DNA from: Stegostoma tigrinum
Taxonomy: Eukaryota
Assembly (NCBI RefSeq): GCF_030684315.1
Contig: NC_081358.1
Span: forward strand, 127,540,967 to 127,604,966
Reading direction: 5' to 3'
DNA: 64,000 nucleotides
The notes beneath the pieces are model-generated. The model was not told the DNA's origin and searched no databases. It saw only the letters and a program-made list of their open reading frames with translations. Of this stretch, positions 23,805 through 37,449 are shown piece by piece. Every line of letters starts with the position of its first letter. Position 1 is the first letter of the stretch. The translations under genes and the position numbers were made by a program.

Positions 23805-24030
23805 ACAAAAACTGAAAGAGCTGCAGACGCTGTAAATCAGAAACAAAAATAGAAGTTGCTGGAAAAGCTCAGCAGGTCTGGCAGCATCTGTAGTGAGAAG
23901 TCAGAGTTAATGTTTCGGGTCTGGTAACCCTTCCACATGACAGTTCTGAGGTTGGGTCACCGGACCTGAAACATTAACTCTGATTTCGCTGCACAGATGC
24001 TGCCAGACCTGCTGAGCTTTTCCAGCAATT
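23805..24030. mobile_element. Mini fold-back of a second PLE-end family
   Basis: Inverted arms centred near 23940; degenerate CTGAGG..GGGTCACCGGACCTGAAAC hammerhead-like motif. Confidence 0.7.
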
Positions 24031-25829
24031 TATGATTTTGGACATCTTTACTCTGTCTCCTTGTAACAATTTTTTAATTCATTCACAGGATGTGGGTATG
24101 CCTGGCTAGGCCACCATTTATTACACATCCTCAATTGCCCTCGAGGTGATGGCAAGTTGCCTTCTTAAACTGCCACAGTCCTAAAAGTATGGAAACATCC
24201 ACAATGCTCCTAGCGAGGGAACACCAAGATTTTAACCCAGTGAGAGCAAAAGGACAGTGATATATTTCCAAATCAGGGTGTTGTGCAACTCTGAGAGAAT
24301 TTGAGGATTTTGGTGTTTCTATGTGTCTGCTGCCCTTGGCATCCCAAATGGAGAGGTTGCAGGTTTGGAAGGTACTGAGTTACTTCAGTGCATTTGCAAT
24401 GTACACATGAGATAACAGAGTGTGGGGCTGGATGAACACAGCATGCCAAGCAGCATCTCAGGAGCACAAAAGCTGACGTTTCGGGCCTAGACCCTTCACC
24501 AGTGAAATGTTTATGGTGCCCAGTACTGGACACGATATTCCAGTTCTGCTTAACCCATGTTTTACAAAGGATTAGCATAGATTCTTTGGTTTTGTACTTT
24601 GTTCTGCTATTACATTTACTTACAGCTAAAGATCCTATTTGAATTTTGAAATGTTTTCTCAACTACTTTTTCTACCTTTCAAACATTTATTATTTCCCAC
24701 ATCTCTCTGTATCTGCACCCTTATTAAGGTTGTAAAAGCTAATCTATATTGTCTCTCCTCATTCCTCTGAACCAAATGTATTGTCTCATACTTCTCTGTT
24801 TATTTCATTTGCCGTTCATCCGCGTATTTCATCAGCTTGTAGATATCATCCTCACAGTCAACAACATTCCTGGGTTTCATATCATTTACAGATTATGAAA
24901 TTTCTTTGCCTCAATGACGGTAATTTCCCAATTAACCTTCTTTCATACCCAGGTTCTCAAAAAGTATGAACTAGGTTTTTATACTTCACCAAAATTACTA
25001 TTTCCAATAATGTAATTAGACACTAGCAACAGGAAAGCAATTATGAATCATGGGCAAATAACTACAAATTATAATTCTCAGACCCCTATAAAACCCCTTG
25101 TGAAAACACACACAAAAATATCTTGGATCTTATGGATAGAGGGAAAACTGGGAAAGCAGTTCAGTGATCCGCTGAGATGGTTCATATGTTGATCAGATGC
25201 TACTTCTTGGTCTTCCCTACCTGGATCCTACTCTTGTATTGAAAGAGACAATTTTCTCAAAGTTTCTTGACTTTTTGCTCTGGAAGTTCTCTTGCAACCT
25301 TGCCTGCTTCAACTAATATGATTCAGCTTCCATTATTTCCTCTCCTGCTTTCTCACCTGCACCCATTCTCCAGCTCCTGACTTACACGTAGCATTTCCAA
25401 GTGATATTGATATTGAGGGGCAACTTGATCAACTGACTTATAATCCATTCTGATAAAGTGGCATATCGGACTCAAAATATTCCTCTGCCCAAACCTGCTG
25501 AGTTTCTCCAGGATAGTTTGTGTTTACTTTGGATCTCCAGCATCCATTCTATTTTGGTTTTATTTGACTGAGTGCAGTGGATTTTCTCCTCCTGGTTGCT
25601 TGCGAGTTGTATAAATCTGAGATGACGGATCCTCGTCAATTCTCCTGCTGAAGACACAGCTACAGATTGGGTCAGAAACCCATTGCTTCAAATGCACCAC
25701 AACTAGCTTCACATCACATTTAACCTTTGGGAAAAGGAGCTATTCAACTGAAAGAGAGACCAGAAGGGATCCATCTCCTGGAGCAAAATTGTTACATATC
25801 AAATTACTTTGATGAGATATTGGAATTTC

Positions 25830-27180
25830 AACAGCAGCTCATAACCAAACTCAAAAATCTCCATACACTCAACTCAATTTCAGAACAGTGGGATGAAATA
25901 AAGTCAGCTACACCAGTCACCTGTATCCTGAACATTGGGTTCAAGCAGGGCTGGTTCAATAAAAACAATGCAGAATTATGTGACACCCCTCCAGAACTAA
26001 GGTAAGCAGCCCCCACCAGCAGGCAGAATAATGTGGGGTCACAAATCAACATGGCAGAACTCCAGCAGCTCAACGCTGAATTTCAAAGACAAAACTGGAA
26101 GAGAAAAGGGGAAATAAAAGGGCAATGCGACAGGATGCTAACCATCCCAAAACGCAAAGCTTTTCCGAAGCCACCAAGGTTAAATGGGCTAAATCTCCCT
26201 TGCTCACTGGACAGTGTCTCTCTTCTTAAAGTTTATGATGGTGCCATCCATCAACACTGGAAAGAACATTTCCAACAACTACTCAACTGTAAATCACTAG
26301 TAGCAGTTGCCACACCTGAAGTTATGTCCCGGTACATGTTTTAGAGTCTACGAATGGATTGCAATTAATAGGAGATGTGCAACAATCATTCAGACACATG
26401 GAAAACAACAAAGCCGCTGGCCCTGACAATATTCCAACTGAGACCTTCAAAGCTGGTAATGGGATTTTGCTCACATCACAGTTTTGTGCATTCATCCTAC
26501 GGATTTGGGAAGAAAATAAACTTCCCCCAACCCTGACTTCAGGGATGCAAACAATTCTAATAGCTTTCAAGAAGGGAGATAAATTATTGGGTTAGTGCCC
26601 TCTGCTCCAGATCCTGACCACCCCCAATTGATTCCGTGTAGAGCTGGATGAACACAGCAGGCAAAGTAGCATTTTAGGAGCACAAAAGCTGACGTCTCGG
26701 GTCTAGACCCTTCATCAGAAAATGTCTGGGCCTGAAACATCAGCTTTTGTGCTCCTAAGATGCTGTTTGGCCTGCTGTTTCATCCAGCTCTACGCTTTGT
26801 TATTCTTGGATTCTCCAGCATCTGCAATTCCTATTATCCCTGTTGATTAACCTCCTTTCTGTGACTGAGGAAATCCTCCTAGAGACTTAGTGCAACTTTA
26901 CATCTTCCAACAGAACATCTGTCACAACCATTGTAACCAGAAAATCTCAAGAAATATAATTATGATAACACCAGGACATCTTCATTGTATCTGACTCAAG
27001 AAATTTAAATGACTCAGTCGATTACTCACCAAAGATTTTAATTTCCAAGGAACTTGATCGCAATCATGCGTCTGCACCATGATGACACAGTTACAACTGC
27101 CTTGAGGAGATCTGAAACAGATGGCTTCAAAATCCATACTGGTGTCAAGCAAGGCTGTGTGATAGCCTCCCACTCCTTAC
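25830..27180 (+). mobile_element. RTE-clade LINE remnant with PLE palindrome inside (~26635-26840)
   Basis: MENNKAAGPDNIPTETFKAG..IWEENKLP..FKKGD and TGVKQGCVIA motifs. Confidence 0.7.
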
Positions 27181-27789
27181 GATTTACAATCCATCTTGTT
27201 CACTTACTTGATCTGGCCTACATGTGACTCCAGATCCCACAGCAATATTGTTGACTCTCAACTGCCCTCTGATATGGTCCAGAAGTCACCGAAATGTATC
27301 AATTGCTCGAATAGATAAAGGGAATAAAGCTAGAGAGACACTTGGCATTGACCAAGGCACCAGGAAAACAACCATGTCAATCGTGCAAAGTGCTCCTTGC
27401 TAACTACTGAGGGTGAGTGCTGAAATTGAGAGAGCTGTCTCACAGACTTGTCAAGCAACAGCCTAACAGAGTCTTATTGAATCAGGGAATTCCCTACAGT
27501 GTGCAGCCATTTCATTTGACCCATCAAGTCCACACAGACCCTCTGAACAATATCCCACTGAGACCCACATCCCTTCCCTATCCCTGTAACCCTGCATTTT
27601 CCATGGCTAACCCACCTAGCCTGCACATCCCAGGACACTATGGACAATTTAGCACGACCAGTCCGCCCAACCTGCACTTCTTCAGACTCATGAATCATAC
27701 AGACAATGGGCTAGACCCCACCATCACCATCACTGGATATGTCATGTCCTACCAGCATGACCCTCCTGTCAAATTGAGAGATCGGAGAG

Positions 27790-28120
27790 GCAATGGCCTA
27801 ATCGTATTCTTGCTGGACTGTTAATCTGGAGACCCACATAATATTCTAGGGACCCAAGTTCAAATCCCGCCACACAGATGGTGGAATTTGAATTCAATCA
27901 AAAAAAAACTGGAGTTAGGGGTCTACTAATGACCATGAATCCATTGCTGATTGTCTGGATTCACTAATGTCCTTGAGGAAAGGAAACTGCCATCCTTACC
28001 TGGTATGTGACTCCAGGCCCACAGCAATGTGGTTGACTTTTAACTGCCCTCTGGGAAACTAGGGATGGGTAATAAATGCTGGCCTGGCCAGTGATGCTCA
28101 CATCCTGTGAATAATTTTTA
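27790..28120 (+). mobile_element. tRNA-derived SINE (second family)
   Basis: TGGCCTAA..G A-box-like and AGTTCAAATCC B-box; tail ending AATAAATGCTGGCCTGGCCAG. Confidence 0.65.
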
Positions 28121-28249
28121 AAAATAGCCGACTATCCCTGGCGATGACATTTGCAGGGGGAGTGTGTCTGGCTCTGGCTTGTCTCAGATGACACAGTTTG
28201 GTTGGTGTGGTTGTTGGAAGCACTGAGGTGTAGTGATTGTAATGAGGTC

Positions 28250-31200
28250 ATCCAGGGGGACCTCACAGAATATAAGTTCCCTGACTGGGGTTGATTATTA
28301 CTCTGATCCAATCAGGGAGCCCTGGCTGACAGATAAGAACAGGAGAGTCAGGCATCCTATTCACGCCGAGAGCTGGCTCTGAGGGAGCTGGATTAAGGAC
28401 TCTCCATATGTCAGTAAAAAGTGACTTGGTGACAGGATACCGGCCTGTGTGGAGTTATTTAATGAGGAGCGTGCAGGATGCAGGTGGTCACACCACAGCT
28501 ACAGTCAGGTAGATGAGTGACTGCCAGGAAAGGTAATTAGGTGGTGCAGGAGTCCCCTGAGGCTAATCCACTCTCAAACAAGCATACCATTTTGGATATT
28601 GTTGGGGCAATATAACAGCTGCAGCCAGGTCTTTGGCACCATGACTGGCTCCGCTGTAAAATAGAATATGGTAAAGTCCAAGCAAGCAATTGTGATGGGG
28701 GTCTCACTAATCAGGGGCACAGACAGGCATTTCTGCAGCCAACAGCAAGACTTCAGGATGATATGTTTCCTCACTGATCCCAGGGTCAAGGACATCTCTG
28801 AGCAGTTGCAGCAAATTCTCAAGGTGGACCAGAAGGAGGTTGTTGTACAGAAATAATGGGAACTGCAGATGCTGGAGAATCCAAGATAATAAAGTGTGGA
28901 CCAGGATGAACACAGCCGACCAAGCAGCATCTCAGGAGCACAAAAGCTGACGTTTTGGGCCTAGACCCTTCATCAGAGAGGGGGATGGGGAGAGGGTTCT
29001 GGAATAAATAGGGAGAGAGGGGGAGGCGGACCGAAGATGGAGAGAAAAGAAAATAGGTGGAGAGGAGAGTATAGGTGGGGAGGTAGGGAGGGGATAGGTC
29101 AGTCTGGGGAGGACAGACAGGTCAAGGGGTCGGGATGAGGTTAGGAGGAAGGAAATGGAGGTGCGGCTTCAGGTGGGAGGAGGGGATAGGTGAGAGGAAG
29201 AACAGGTTAGGGAGGCAGAGACAGGCTGGGCTGGTTTTGGGATGCAGTGGGTGGAGGGGATGAGCTGGGCTGGTTGTGTGATGCAGTGGGGGGAGGGGAC
29301 GAACTGGGCTGGTTGTGGGATGTGGTGGGGGAAGGGGAGATTTTGAAGCTGGTGAAGTCCACATTGATACCATTGGGCTGCAGGGTTCCCAGGCGGAATA
29401 TGAGTTGCTGTTCCTGCAACCTTCGGGTGGCATCATTGTGGCACTGCAGGAGGCCCATGTTGGACATGTCATCTAAAGAATAGGTGGGGGAGTTAAAATG
29501 GTTCGCGACTGGGAGGTGCAGTTGTTCATTGGGAACCGAGCAGAGGTGTTCTGCAAAGCGGTCCCCAAGCCTCCGCTTGGTTTCCCCGATGTAGAGGAAG
29601 CCACACCAGGTACAATGGATACAGTATACCACATTGGCAGATGTGCAGGTGAACCTCTGCTTAATGTGGAAAGTCATCTTGGGGCCTGGGATGGGGGTGA
29701 GGGAGATGGTGTGGGGGCAAGTGTAGCATTTCCTGCAGCTGCAGGGGAAGGTGCCGGGTGTGGTGGGGTTGGAGGGAAGTGTGGAGCGAACAAGGGACCC
29801 CCGGAGAGAGTGGTCTCTCCAGAAGGCAGACAAGGGTGGGGATGGAAAAATGTGTTGGGTGGTGGGGTCGGATTGTAGATGGCAGAAGTGTCGGAGGAAG
29901 ATGAGTTGTATCCGGAGGTTGGTGAGGTGGTGTGTGAGAACGAGGGGGATCCTCTTGGGGCGGTTGTGGCGGGGGCAGGGTGTGAGGGATGTGTTGCGGG
30001 AAATGCGGGAGACGTGGTCAAGGGCGTTCTCAACCACTACGGAGGGAAAGTTGCGGTCCTTGAAGAACTTGGACATCTGGGATGTGCAGGAGTGGAATGC
30101 TTCATCGTGGGAGCAGATGTGGTGGAGGCGGAGGAATTGGGAATAGGGGATGGAATTTTCACAGGAGGGTGGGTGGGACGAGGTGTATTCTAGGTAGCTG
30201 TGGGAGTCGGTGGGCTTGAAATGGACATCAGTTTCTAGCTGGTTACCTGAGATGGAGACTGAGAGGTCCAGGAAGGTGAGAGATGTGTTGGAGATGGCCC
30301 AGGTGAACTTGAGGTTGGGGTGGAAGGTGTTGGTGAAGTGGATGAACTGTTCGAGCTCCTCTGGGGAGCAAGAGGCGGCGCCGATACAGTCATCAATGTA
30401 ACAGAGGAAGAGGTGGGGTTTGGGGCCTGTGTAGGTGTGGAAGAGGGACTGTTCCTCATGACCTACAAAGAGGCAGGCATAGCTGGGGCCCAAGCGGGTG
30501 CCCATGGCCACCCCCTTAGTCTGTAGCAAGTGGGAGGAATCGAAAGAGAAGTTGTTGAGGGTGAGGACAAGTTCGGCTAGGCGGATGAGGGTGTCGGTGG
30601 AGGGGGACTGGTCGGGCCTGCGTTACAGGAAGAAGCGGAGGGCCTTGAGGCCATCTGCATGCGGAATGCAGGTGTATAGGGACTGAATGTCCATGGTGAA
30701 AATGAGGTGTTGGGGGCCAGGGAATTGGAAGTTCTGGAGGCGGTGGAGGGCGTGGGTGGTGTCACGGACGTAGGTAGTGAGTTCCTGGACCAAGGGGGTG
30801 AAAATGGAGTCCAGATAGGTGGAGATGAGTTCGTTGGGGCAGGAACAGGCTGAGACAATAGGTTGACCAGGGCAGGCAGGTTTGTGGATTTTGGGAAGGA
30901 GATAGAAACGGGACGTGCGGGGTTGGGGAATAATAAGATTGGAGGCTGTGGGTGGGAGGTCATAGATGGTGTTGGAGATGATGGTTTGGTGCTCAGGGGT
31001 GGGGTCATGATCAAGGGGGCAGTAGGAGGAGGTGTCGGAGAGTTGGCGTTTGGCCTCGGCAATGTAGAGGTCAGTGCGCCATACTACTACTGCGCCTCAC
31101 TTGTCTGCGGGTTTTGTGGTGAGGTTGGGGTTGTACATATTGGTACCAACATAGGTAGAAAAGGGAATGAGGCCCGACAGACTGAATAGAGGGAGTTAGG

Positions 31201-33750
31201 AGGTTAAAAAGCAGGACCTCAAGGGTAGTAATCTTTGGTTTACTCCTGCTGCCATGTGCTGGTGAGAGTAGGGTTAGGAGGACAGGGCAGATGAACGCAT
31301 GGCTGAGAATTGGAGGGGGCAGGAATTTAGATTGTTAGATCATTGGGATTTCTTTTGGCAGAAGTGACCTGTACAAGAGAGTTGTACCTGAACTGGAGGG
31401 GGAAGAATATCCTCATGGGGAGATTTGCTGGAGCTACTTGGGAGGGTTGAAAACTAGTCTGGCAGGTGAATGAGACCCTAAGCAGAGGTGAGGCAAGAGA
31501 AAATGTTAAGGCTGGTACAGAATTTACCAAGCCTAAGTTAAATAGACAAGACAGTAAAGAGCATGGCAGAGAACAAGGGGAGACTATGAATTAAACTGCA
31601 TTTATTTCAATGCGAGAGGCCTGACAAGTAAGGTGAATAAATCCAGAGCATGGATGGGAAAATGGGGCTTGGATATCAAAACTGACTGAGGAAGGGACAG
31701 GACTGTCAGCTCACTGTTCCAGCTTATAGATGCTATAGGAAGGATTGAAGGGGAGGCAAGAGAGGAGGGGGAGAGGCGTTTTTGATTAGGGTAAACATCC
31801 CAGCAGTACTTAGAGAGGATATTCTAGGGGGATCATACAATGAAGCGTTATGGGTGGTACTGAGAAAAATAAAAGGCATGATCACTTTGAAGGGATTGTA
31901 CTATACGCTCCCCCCCCCCCCATATTCAGCAGGAGTATGTTGGGAGATCGCAAATAGCTGTAAGAATAATATGATTGTAATTGTAAGGGATTTTAACTTT
32001 TCAAATATAGACTAGGAGTGTTAAGGGCTTGGATGGGGAGGAATTTGTTAAATGAGTTCAAGAAAACTTTCTCAATCAATGTATTGATGGACCTACTAAA
32101 GAAGATGGAAATCTCAAACTCCTTTTGGGAAATAACGCAGGACAAGTGACCAAGGTATTAATGGGGTAGCACTTTGGGACCAGTGACCATAATTCTACTG
32201 GTTTTAAAATAGCTATGGAAAGGGATCACCCTGGTCCACAAGTTAAAGTTCTAAATTGAGGCAAGGCCAATTTTGATAGCATTGATCGAGAACCTCCAAA
32301 AGTGATTGAAGGTGTTTGAAAACAAAGGGAAGCATGGAAATTGGGAGGCTTTCAAAAGCCTCAAGAATTCAGGGTCAGCATGTTCCTGTTAGTGTGAAGG
32401 GAAAGGTTGGCAGGAGTAGAGAACACTGGATGACTGGAAATATTGAGGCTCTGGTCAAAAATAGAAGAAGGCATATGTCAGGTATAGACAGCTGGGATCA
32501 AGTGAATCCCTTGAGGAGTTTGGGGATGTAGGATTGTTTTTAAGAGGGAAATAAGGAAGGTAAAAAGGGGACATGCGATAGCTTTGGCAGATAAGGTTAA
32601 GGAGAATCCAAAGAGTTTTACAAGTATATTAAGGGTGAAGGAGTAACTACGAAGAGAATAGGGCCCCTTTAAAGATCAAAGAGGCCATCTATGTATGGAA
32701 CCACAGGAGACAAGTGAGTCCTAAACAAATATTTTGCGTCAGTATTTACTGTTGAGAAAGATATGGAAGCTATGGAACTCAGGGAGATAAACAGTGATGT
32801 CTTGAAAAGAGTCCACATAACAGAAGAGGAGGTGCAGAGGTCTTAAAATGCATCAAGTTTAGATCACATGGGATGCAGAGAGGGCTAACCAATTGTATAT
32901 AAAATTGGCTTGACAGTAGGAGACAGAGAATAGCGATGTAGAGTTGTTCACACTGGAGGCTTGTGATTAGTACTGTGCCCCAAGGATCGGTGCTGGATCC
33001 ACTGTTGTTTGTCATTTATATAAACGATTTGAATGACAATATAGGAAGCATGGTTAGTAAGTTTGTGGATGATATCAAAATTGATATAGTGGACAGTGAA
33101 GTAGGTTTTCTAAGAATACAACGGGATCTTGATCAACTGGCCAGTGGGCCCAGGAATGGCAGGTGGAGTTTAATTTATATCAATGTGAGGTGTTGTATTT
33201 TGGTAAGGCAAATCAGTGCAGGGCTTATATGCTTAATGGTAGGGCCCTGGGGAATGTTGTTGGACAGAGAGGCCTAGGGGTGTGGGTACATAGTAACATC
33301 ACACATTGACAAGGTGGCGAAGGAAGTGTTTGGCACGCTTGCTTTCATCAGAGCACGAGTACAGGAGTTATGATGTCATGTTATGGTTGTATAAAACATC
33401 GATAAGGCCACATTTGGACTGCTGTGTACAATTCTGGTCGCCCTGCTCTAGGAAGGATATTATTAAACTGGAAAGGGTACAATAGCAATTTACAAAAACA
33501 TTACCGAGGCTGTAGGGTTTGAGTCATAAGGAGAGGCTGGATAGGTTGGGACTGTTTCCCTGGATGCCAAGGGGTGACCTTATAGAGTTTTACAAAATCA
33601 TAAGGGCATAGATGAGGTAAACAGGAAAGGTCTTTTTCCCAGGACAGGGGAGTCCAAAACTAGACAGCACAGGTTTAAGTTCAGTTCAGGAAATGGGGTC
33701 AATATGACAATGGGGCTGAAGGGCCGGTTTCCATGTGCATGACTCTATGA
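28250..33750 (+). mobile_element. Near full-length degenerate CR1 LINE split by a PLE
   Basis: ORF1 esterase-like motifs (IVMGVSLIRG..RVKDISEQL..|VVHIGTN), then endonuclease (YFNARGL, DFNF, GTSDH) and RT (VPQGSVL.PLLFVIYIND) remnants. Confidence 0.85.
28850..31129 (-). mobile_element. Penelope-like retroelement (Neptune-type), 5'-truncated; 440-aa ORF at 29207-30529
   Basis: RT motifs QTKGVAMGT and YIDD, thumb (VHFKPTDSHSYL), Cys linker CSCRKCYTC, GIY-YIG (NVVYCIHC..LYIGET). Hammerhead-bearing 3' repeat. GTTGTACA duplicated at 28842-28849 and 31130-31137. Confidence 0.93.
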
Positions 33751-34419
33751 CCCACTGGAGGTGGTGTACAGTAGGGAGGAAGTTGCCTCAGCATTGAATT
33801 CTCATGGCGTTGGGTTAAACATGGGCAAGGAAACCTCCTGCTGATTATCACCTACCGTCCTCCCTCAGCTAATGAATCATAACTCCTCCATGTTGAATAA
33901 CACTTGCAGGAAGCACTGAGGGTGGCAAGGGCACAGAATCTGGCTGAGGGATTTCGCTGTCCACCACCAAGAGTGGCTCAGCAGCAGTACTGCAGATCGA
34001 GCTGGTCGGGTCCTAAAGGGCGTAGCTTCTAGGCTGAGTCTGCCAATCGTGGTGAAGGAACCAACAAGAGGGAAAGATATACTTGATCATTTTTATCAAT
34101 CTGCCATGTGCAGATGCATCTATCCAAGAAAGTATCAGTCCTTGGGGAGCTGAAGTCGCATTTTAACATTGCAAATTTCCTTCATTGTGTTCTGTGGCAC
34201 TATCACTATTCTAAATAGGACAGACTTTGAACAGATCTAGCAACTCAAGGCTGGGCATCCATGAGGCGCTGTGGGCTATCAACAGCAGCAGGATGGTACT
34301 CCAGCACAATCTGTAACCTCATGGCCCAGCATATCTCTCTCAACTTTACCACCAAGACAGGTTCAATGGAGAGTGCAACAGGGCATGCTGGGAGCAGTGA
34401 CAAGCAAATTAATAATGAG

Positions 34420-34659
34420 TAAAAACCAAAAGAACTGCGAATGCTGTAAATCAGGGACAAAAACAAAGTTGCTGGAAAAGCTCAGCAAATCTGGCAGCAT
34501 CTGTGGAGGAGAAAACAGAGTTAACGTTTTGGGTCCGGTGACCCTTCCTCAGAACAGTTCTGAGGAAGGGTCACCGGACCCACAACGTTAACTCTTTTTT
34601 CTCCTCCACAGATGCTGCCAGACCTGCTGAGCTTTTCCAGCAACTTTGTTTTTGTTCCT
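34420..34659. mobile_element. Mini fold-back of the second PLE-end family with 13-bp TSD
   Basis: Palindrome centred at ~34555; CTGAGGAAGGGTCACCGGACCC..AACGTT motif on both strands. TSD AATTAATAATGAG at 34407-34419 and 34660-34672. Confidence 0.85.
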
Positions 34660-34717
34660 AATTAATAATGAGGTGTTAACCTAGTGAAGCTATAAAACAG
34701 GATTGCTTGCATACCAA

Positions 34718-34931
34718 GATAACAAAGTGTGGAGCTGGATGAACACAGCAGGCCAAGCAGCATCTCAGGAGCACAAAAGCTGACGTTTCGGGCCTAGACC
34801 CTTCATCAGAGAGGGTCTAGGCCTGAAACGTCAGCTTTTGTACTCCCAAGATGCTGCTTGGCCTGCTGTGTTCATCCAGCTCCACACTTTGTTATCTTGG
34901 ATTCTCCAGCATTTGCAGTTCCCATTATCTC
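34718..34931. mobile_element. Mini fold-back of the dominant PLE family with 14-bp TSD
   Basis: TSD TGCTTGCATACCAA at 34704-34717 and 34932-34945. Confidence 0.85.
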
Positions 34932-37244
34932 TGCTTGCATACCAATCAGCATAAGCATCAAGTAATCGACAGGAGCGAAGCAATCCCACGAACAATGAAT
35001 CATATCTAAGTTCTGCAGTCCTGCCACATCCAGTCATGAACGGTAGTGGACAATTAAACAGCTTACTGGAGGAGGAGAATGCTCCACAAACATTCCCATT
35101 TTAAATGATGGAAGAGCCCAGCTCATCAGTGCAAAAGATAAGGCTGAAGCATTCACAGCAATCTTCAGCCAGAAGTGATGAGTGGCTGTTCCATCTCTCC
35201 CACCACCAGAGGTCCCTGGCAGTATTGCTTCCAGTCTGCAGCCAACTCACATGATACCAGGAAATGGTCAGAGCCATTGGACGTTCTATTCATTAGTGTG
35301 AGCATCTTGGGCTAGGCCAGAATTTACTGGCCATTCCTAATTGCCCAGAGGACAGTAAAGAATCAACCACATTGTTGGGGCCTGACAACATTGCAGCAAT
35401 AGTACTGCTGACTTGTGCTCCGGAACTTTCCACACACCTAGACAAGCTGTTCCAGTAAAGCTACAACACTGGCATCCCCTGACAATGTGGAAAATTGCCC
35501 ACAGATCTCCAATACACAAAAAGCAGGATTACTCCAATCCAGCTAATTTCTGCCTCATCAGTCCACTCTTGATCATCAGTAAAGTGATTAAAGGTGTCAT
35601 CAATAGAGTTAGCACTTACACAGGAATAACCCGCTCAGTGGCATCCCGTTTGGGTTCCGCCACACACCTTATTACAGCCTTGGGTCAATCAGGAAAAAAA
35701 GAGCTGAATTCCAGAGGTGAGGTGAGGGTGACAGCCCTTGACATCATATATACAGTCATATATCAAAGCCGCATTTGACTAAGTGTGGCATCAGGGACTC
35801 CTTGCAAAACTAGAATCAATGGGAGTCAGAGGAAAATCTCTCCATGGGTTGGCACATAAGAAGATGATTGTGATTATTGGAGGTCAGTCATCTCCGCTCC
35901 AGGACATCGCTGCAGGAATTCCTCAGGGTAGTGTCCTACGCCCAGCCATATTCAGCTCCTTCATCAATGACATGAGATACAGTCTGGCGCAACGGTGGGT
36001 AGGCTCCCTGTCTGTGTGCACAAAGTAGCTCTACTGCAACTTTTTGATGCTAATTGCTGGTGACCCCTGCAGTGCCAGTCTGTTTTTCCGGAATGTTCTG
36101 CAAGTGTATCAGAGATACGTTGTAAACGGCAGATGCCGATGTCCTCGGATGAAGGATGCATGTAGCTAGTGCTTGTTGATTGTGCCCTAGTATGCTGTTT
36201 AGCCCTGAGCAACACGGACATCCTTCAAAGCAAGTGGCAATCTGAATTCACCTGCTAACCTTCCTGAAATCCAGGTCGAGTTTTCTTGATGTCGTGCATA
36301 TTTGGTAATATCGGAAGCTGAATATTAATGTGGTGAATTGGGCTGTTAACAAGGCGTTTCATTGGCAAAAATTTTCCTTAAAAGGCTACTCATTGCTGCC
36401 TAGTGAGAAACTCACCACACTTGTTGTGAAAAGCATGAATGATGAAGCAAGATACTTACAACGTTCCTCAGACTGTTACAAGATTACGTTCTGTGTTTCC
36501 ACACTCCTGCGTCAATTGTTGAGTTAAGAATCTACATGTAAAAAAAATAAATGAAGCAGGATTAGGCCATTCAGCCCCTTGAGCCTGATCACCCATTCCA
36601 TAAGATCATTGCTGATCTGATACAACATTAATTCCACTGTGCTGTCCAGCCCCCAGAACACTTGTTACTCTAAAATATGACTAGCTCAGCCTTGTATAAA
36701 TTCAACGACCCACTGTCTGCTGCTGGGAGGGGTCAGGAAGAGAATTCCAATGACTTATGACCCTCAAAGAAAAGGAATTTCTCCTCTTCTCTGTTTTAAA
36801 TGGGATATGTCTTATTTTGAAACAGTGAACCTTAGTTCTAGAACCCCACACAAGTCACTTTCAGGGAGAAGGATAGAAAGTGAAAGGGAAATAGGGTGCA
36901 GAAAGACAGAGAATCATGCAATTAAATTGACTCCTTGAACATTTTCATGATTGGCTTATAAATGTCTATCAAGCAAGGTGTTGAAATTACCAGGGGTAGG
37001 ACAGAATGTGGACTTGATCTTACAATCAAATCAACCATGATCTTAATAAATGAAGAAGCAAGATCAAGGGGCCGATTAGCCCACTCCTGCTCCTTGTTTG
37101 TATGTTCATGTGTGCAGCATCGGAGATGTAAATATGAATATTAAAAACAAATAAGAAAGTGAATGATTCTTCAAATAAATTGAAGATTTGAAAGGTGAAT
37201 TAATGAGATTCTCAGCTCTGATCCAGGCACTTTTTTTGCCCCAA

Positions 37245-37449
37245 CCTTCACTTCCTGTTGGTGACACCCACCCTACATTAATTGGTTTTTCTTCACTCCA
37301 CCCCCAGATATCAATTGGTTGCTTTGGTGCTCCTCCCCATTGCTGACTCTCAGGGCTAGTACCAGCACTAATAAAGGCAGAAGTCTAGTATCCCTTTACA
37401 GCATTCCTCCTGGTCATAAGGCAACAGAGTTTGGTGTGAGATAGTAAGT
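37245..37449 (+). promoter_or_regulatory. Putative promoter and non-coding exon of actin copy A
   Basis: ETS-like CACTTCCTGT (~37250), CACCC boxes, two ATTGG (reverse CCAAT), AGATA, TAATAAAG at 37369, GTAAGT donor at 37444, acceptor at 37707. Confidence 0.55.

Larger units (their letters stand above)
33755..35970 (+). mobile_element. L2/CR1-clade LINE remnant (continuation of ~27380-27770)
   Basis: TYRPPS..LHVE, SNPANF..ISPL.IISKV, ALDI..AF..VWH, GIPQGSVL.P..FS.FIND. Confidence 0.75.
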
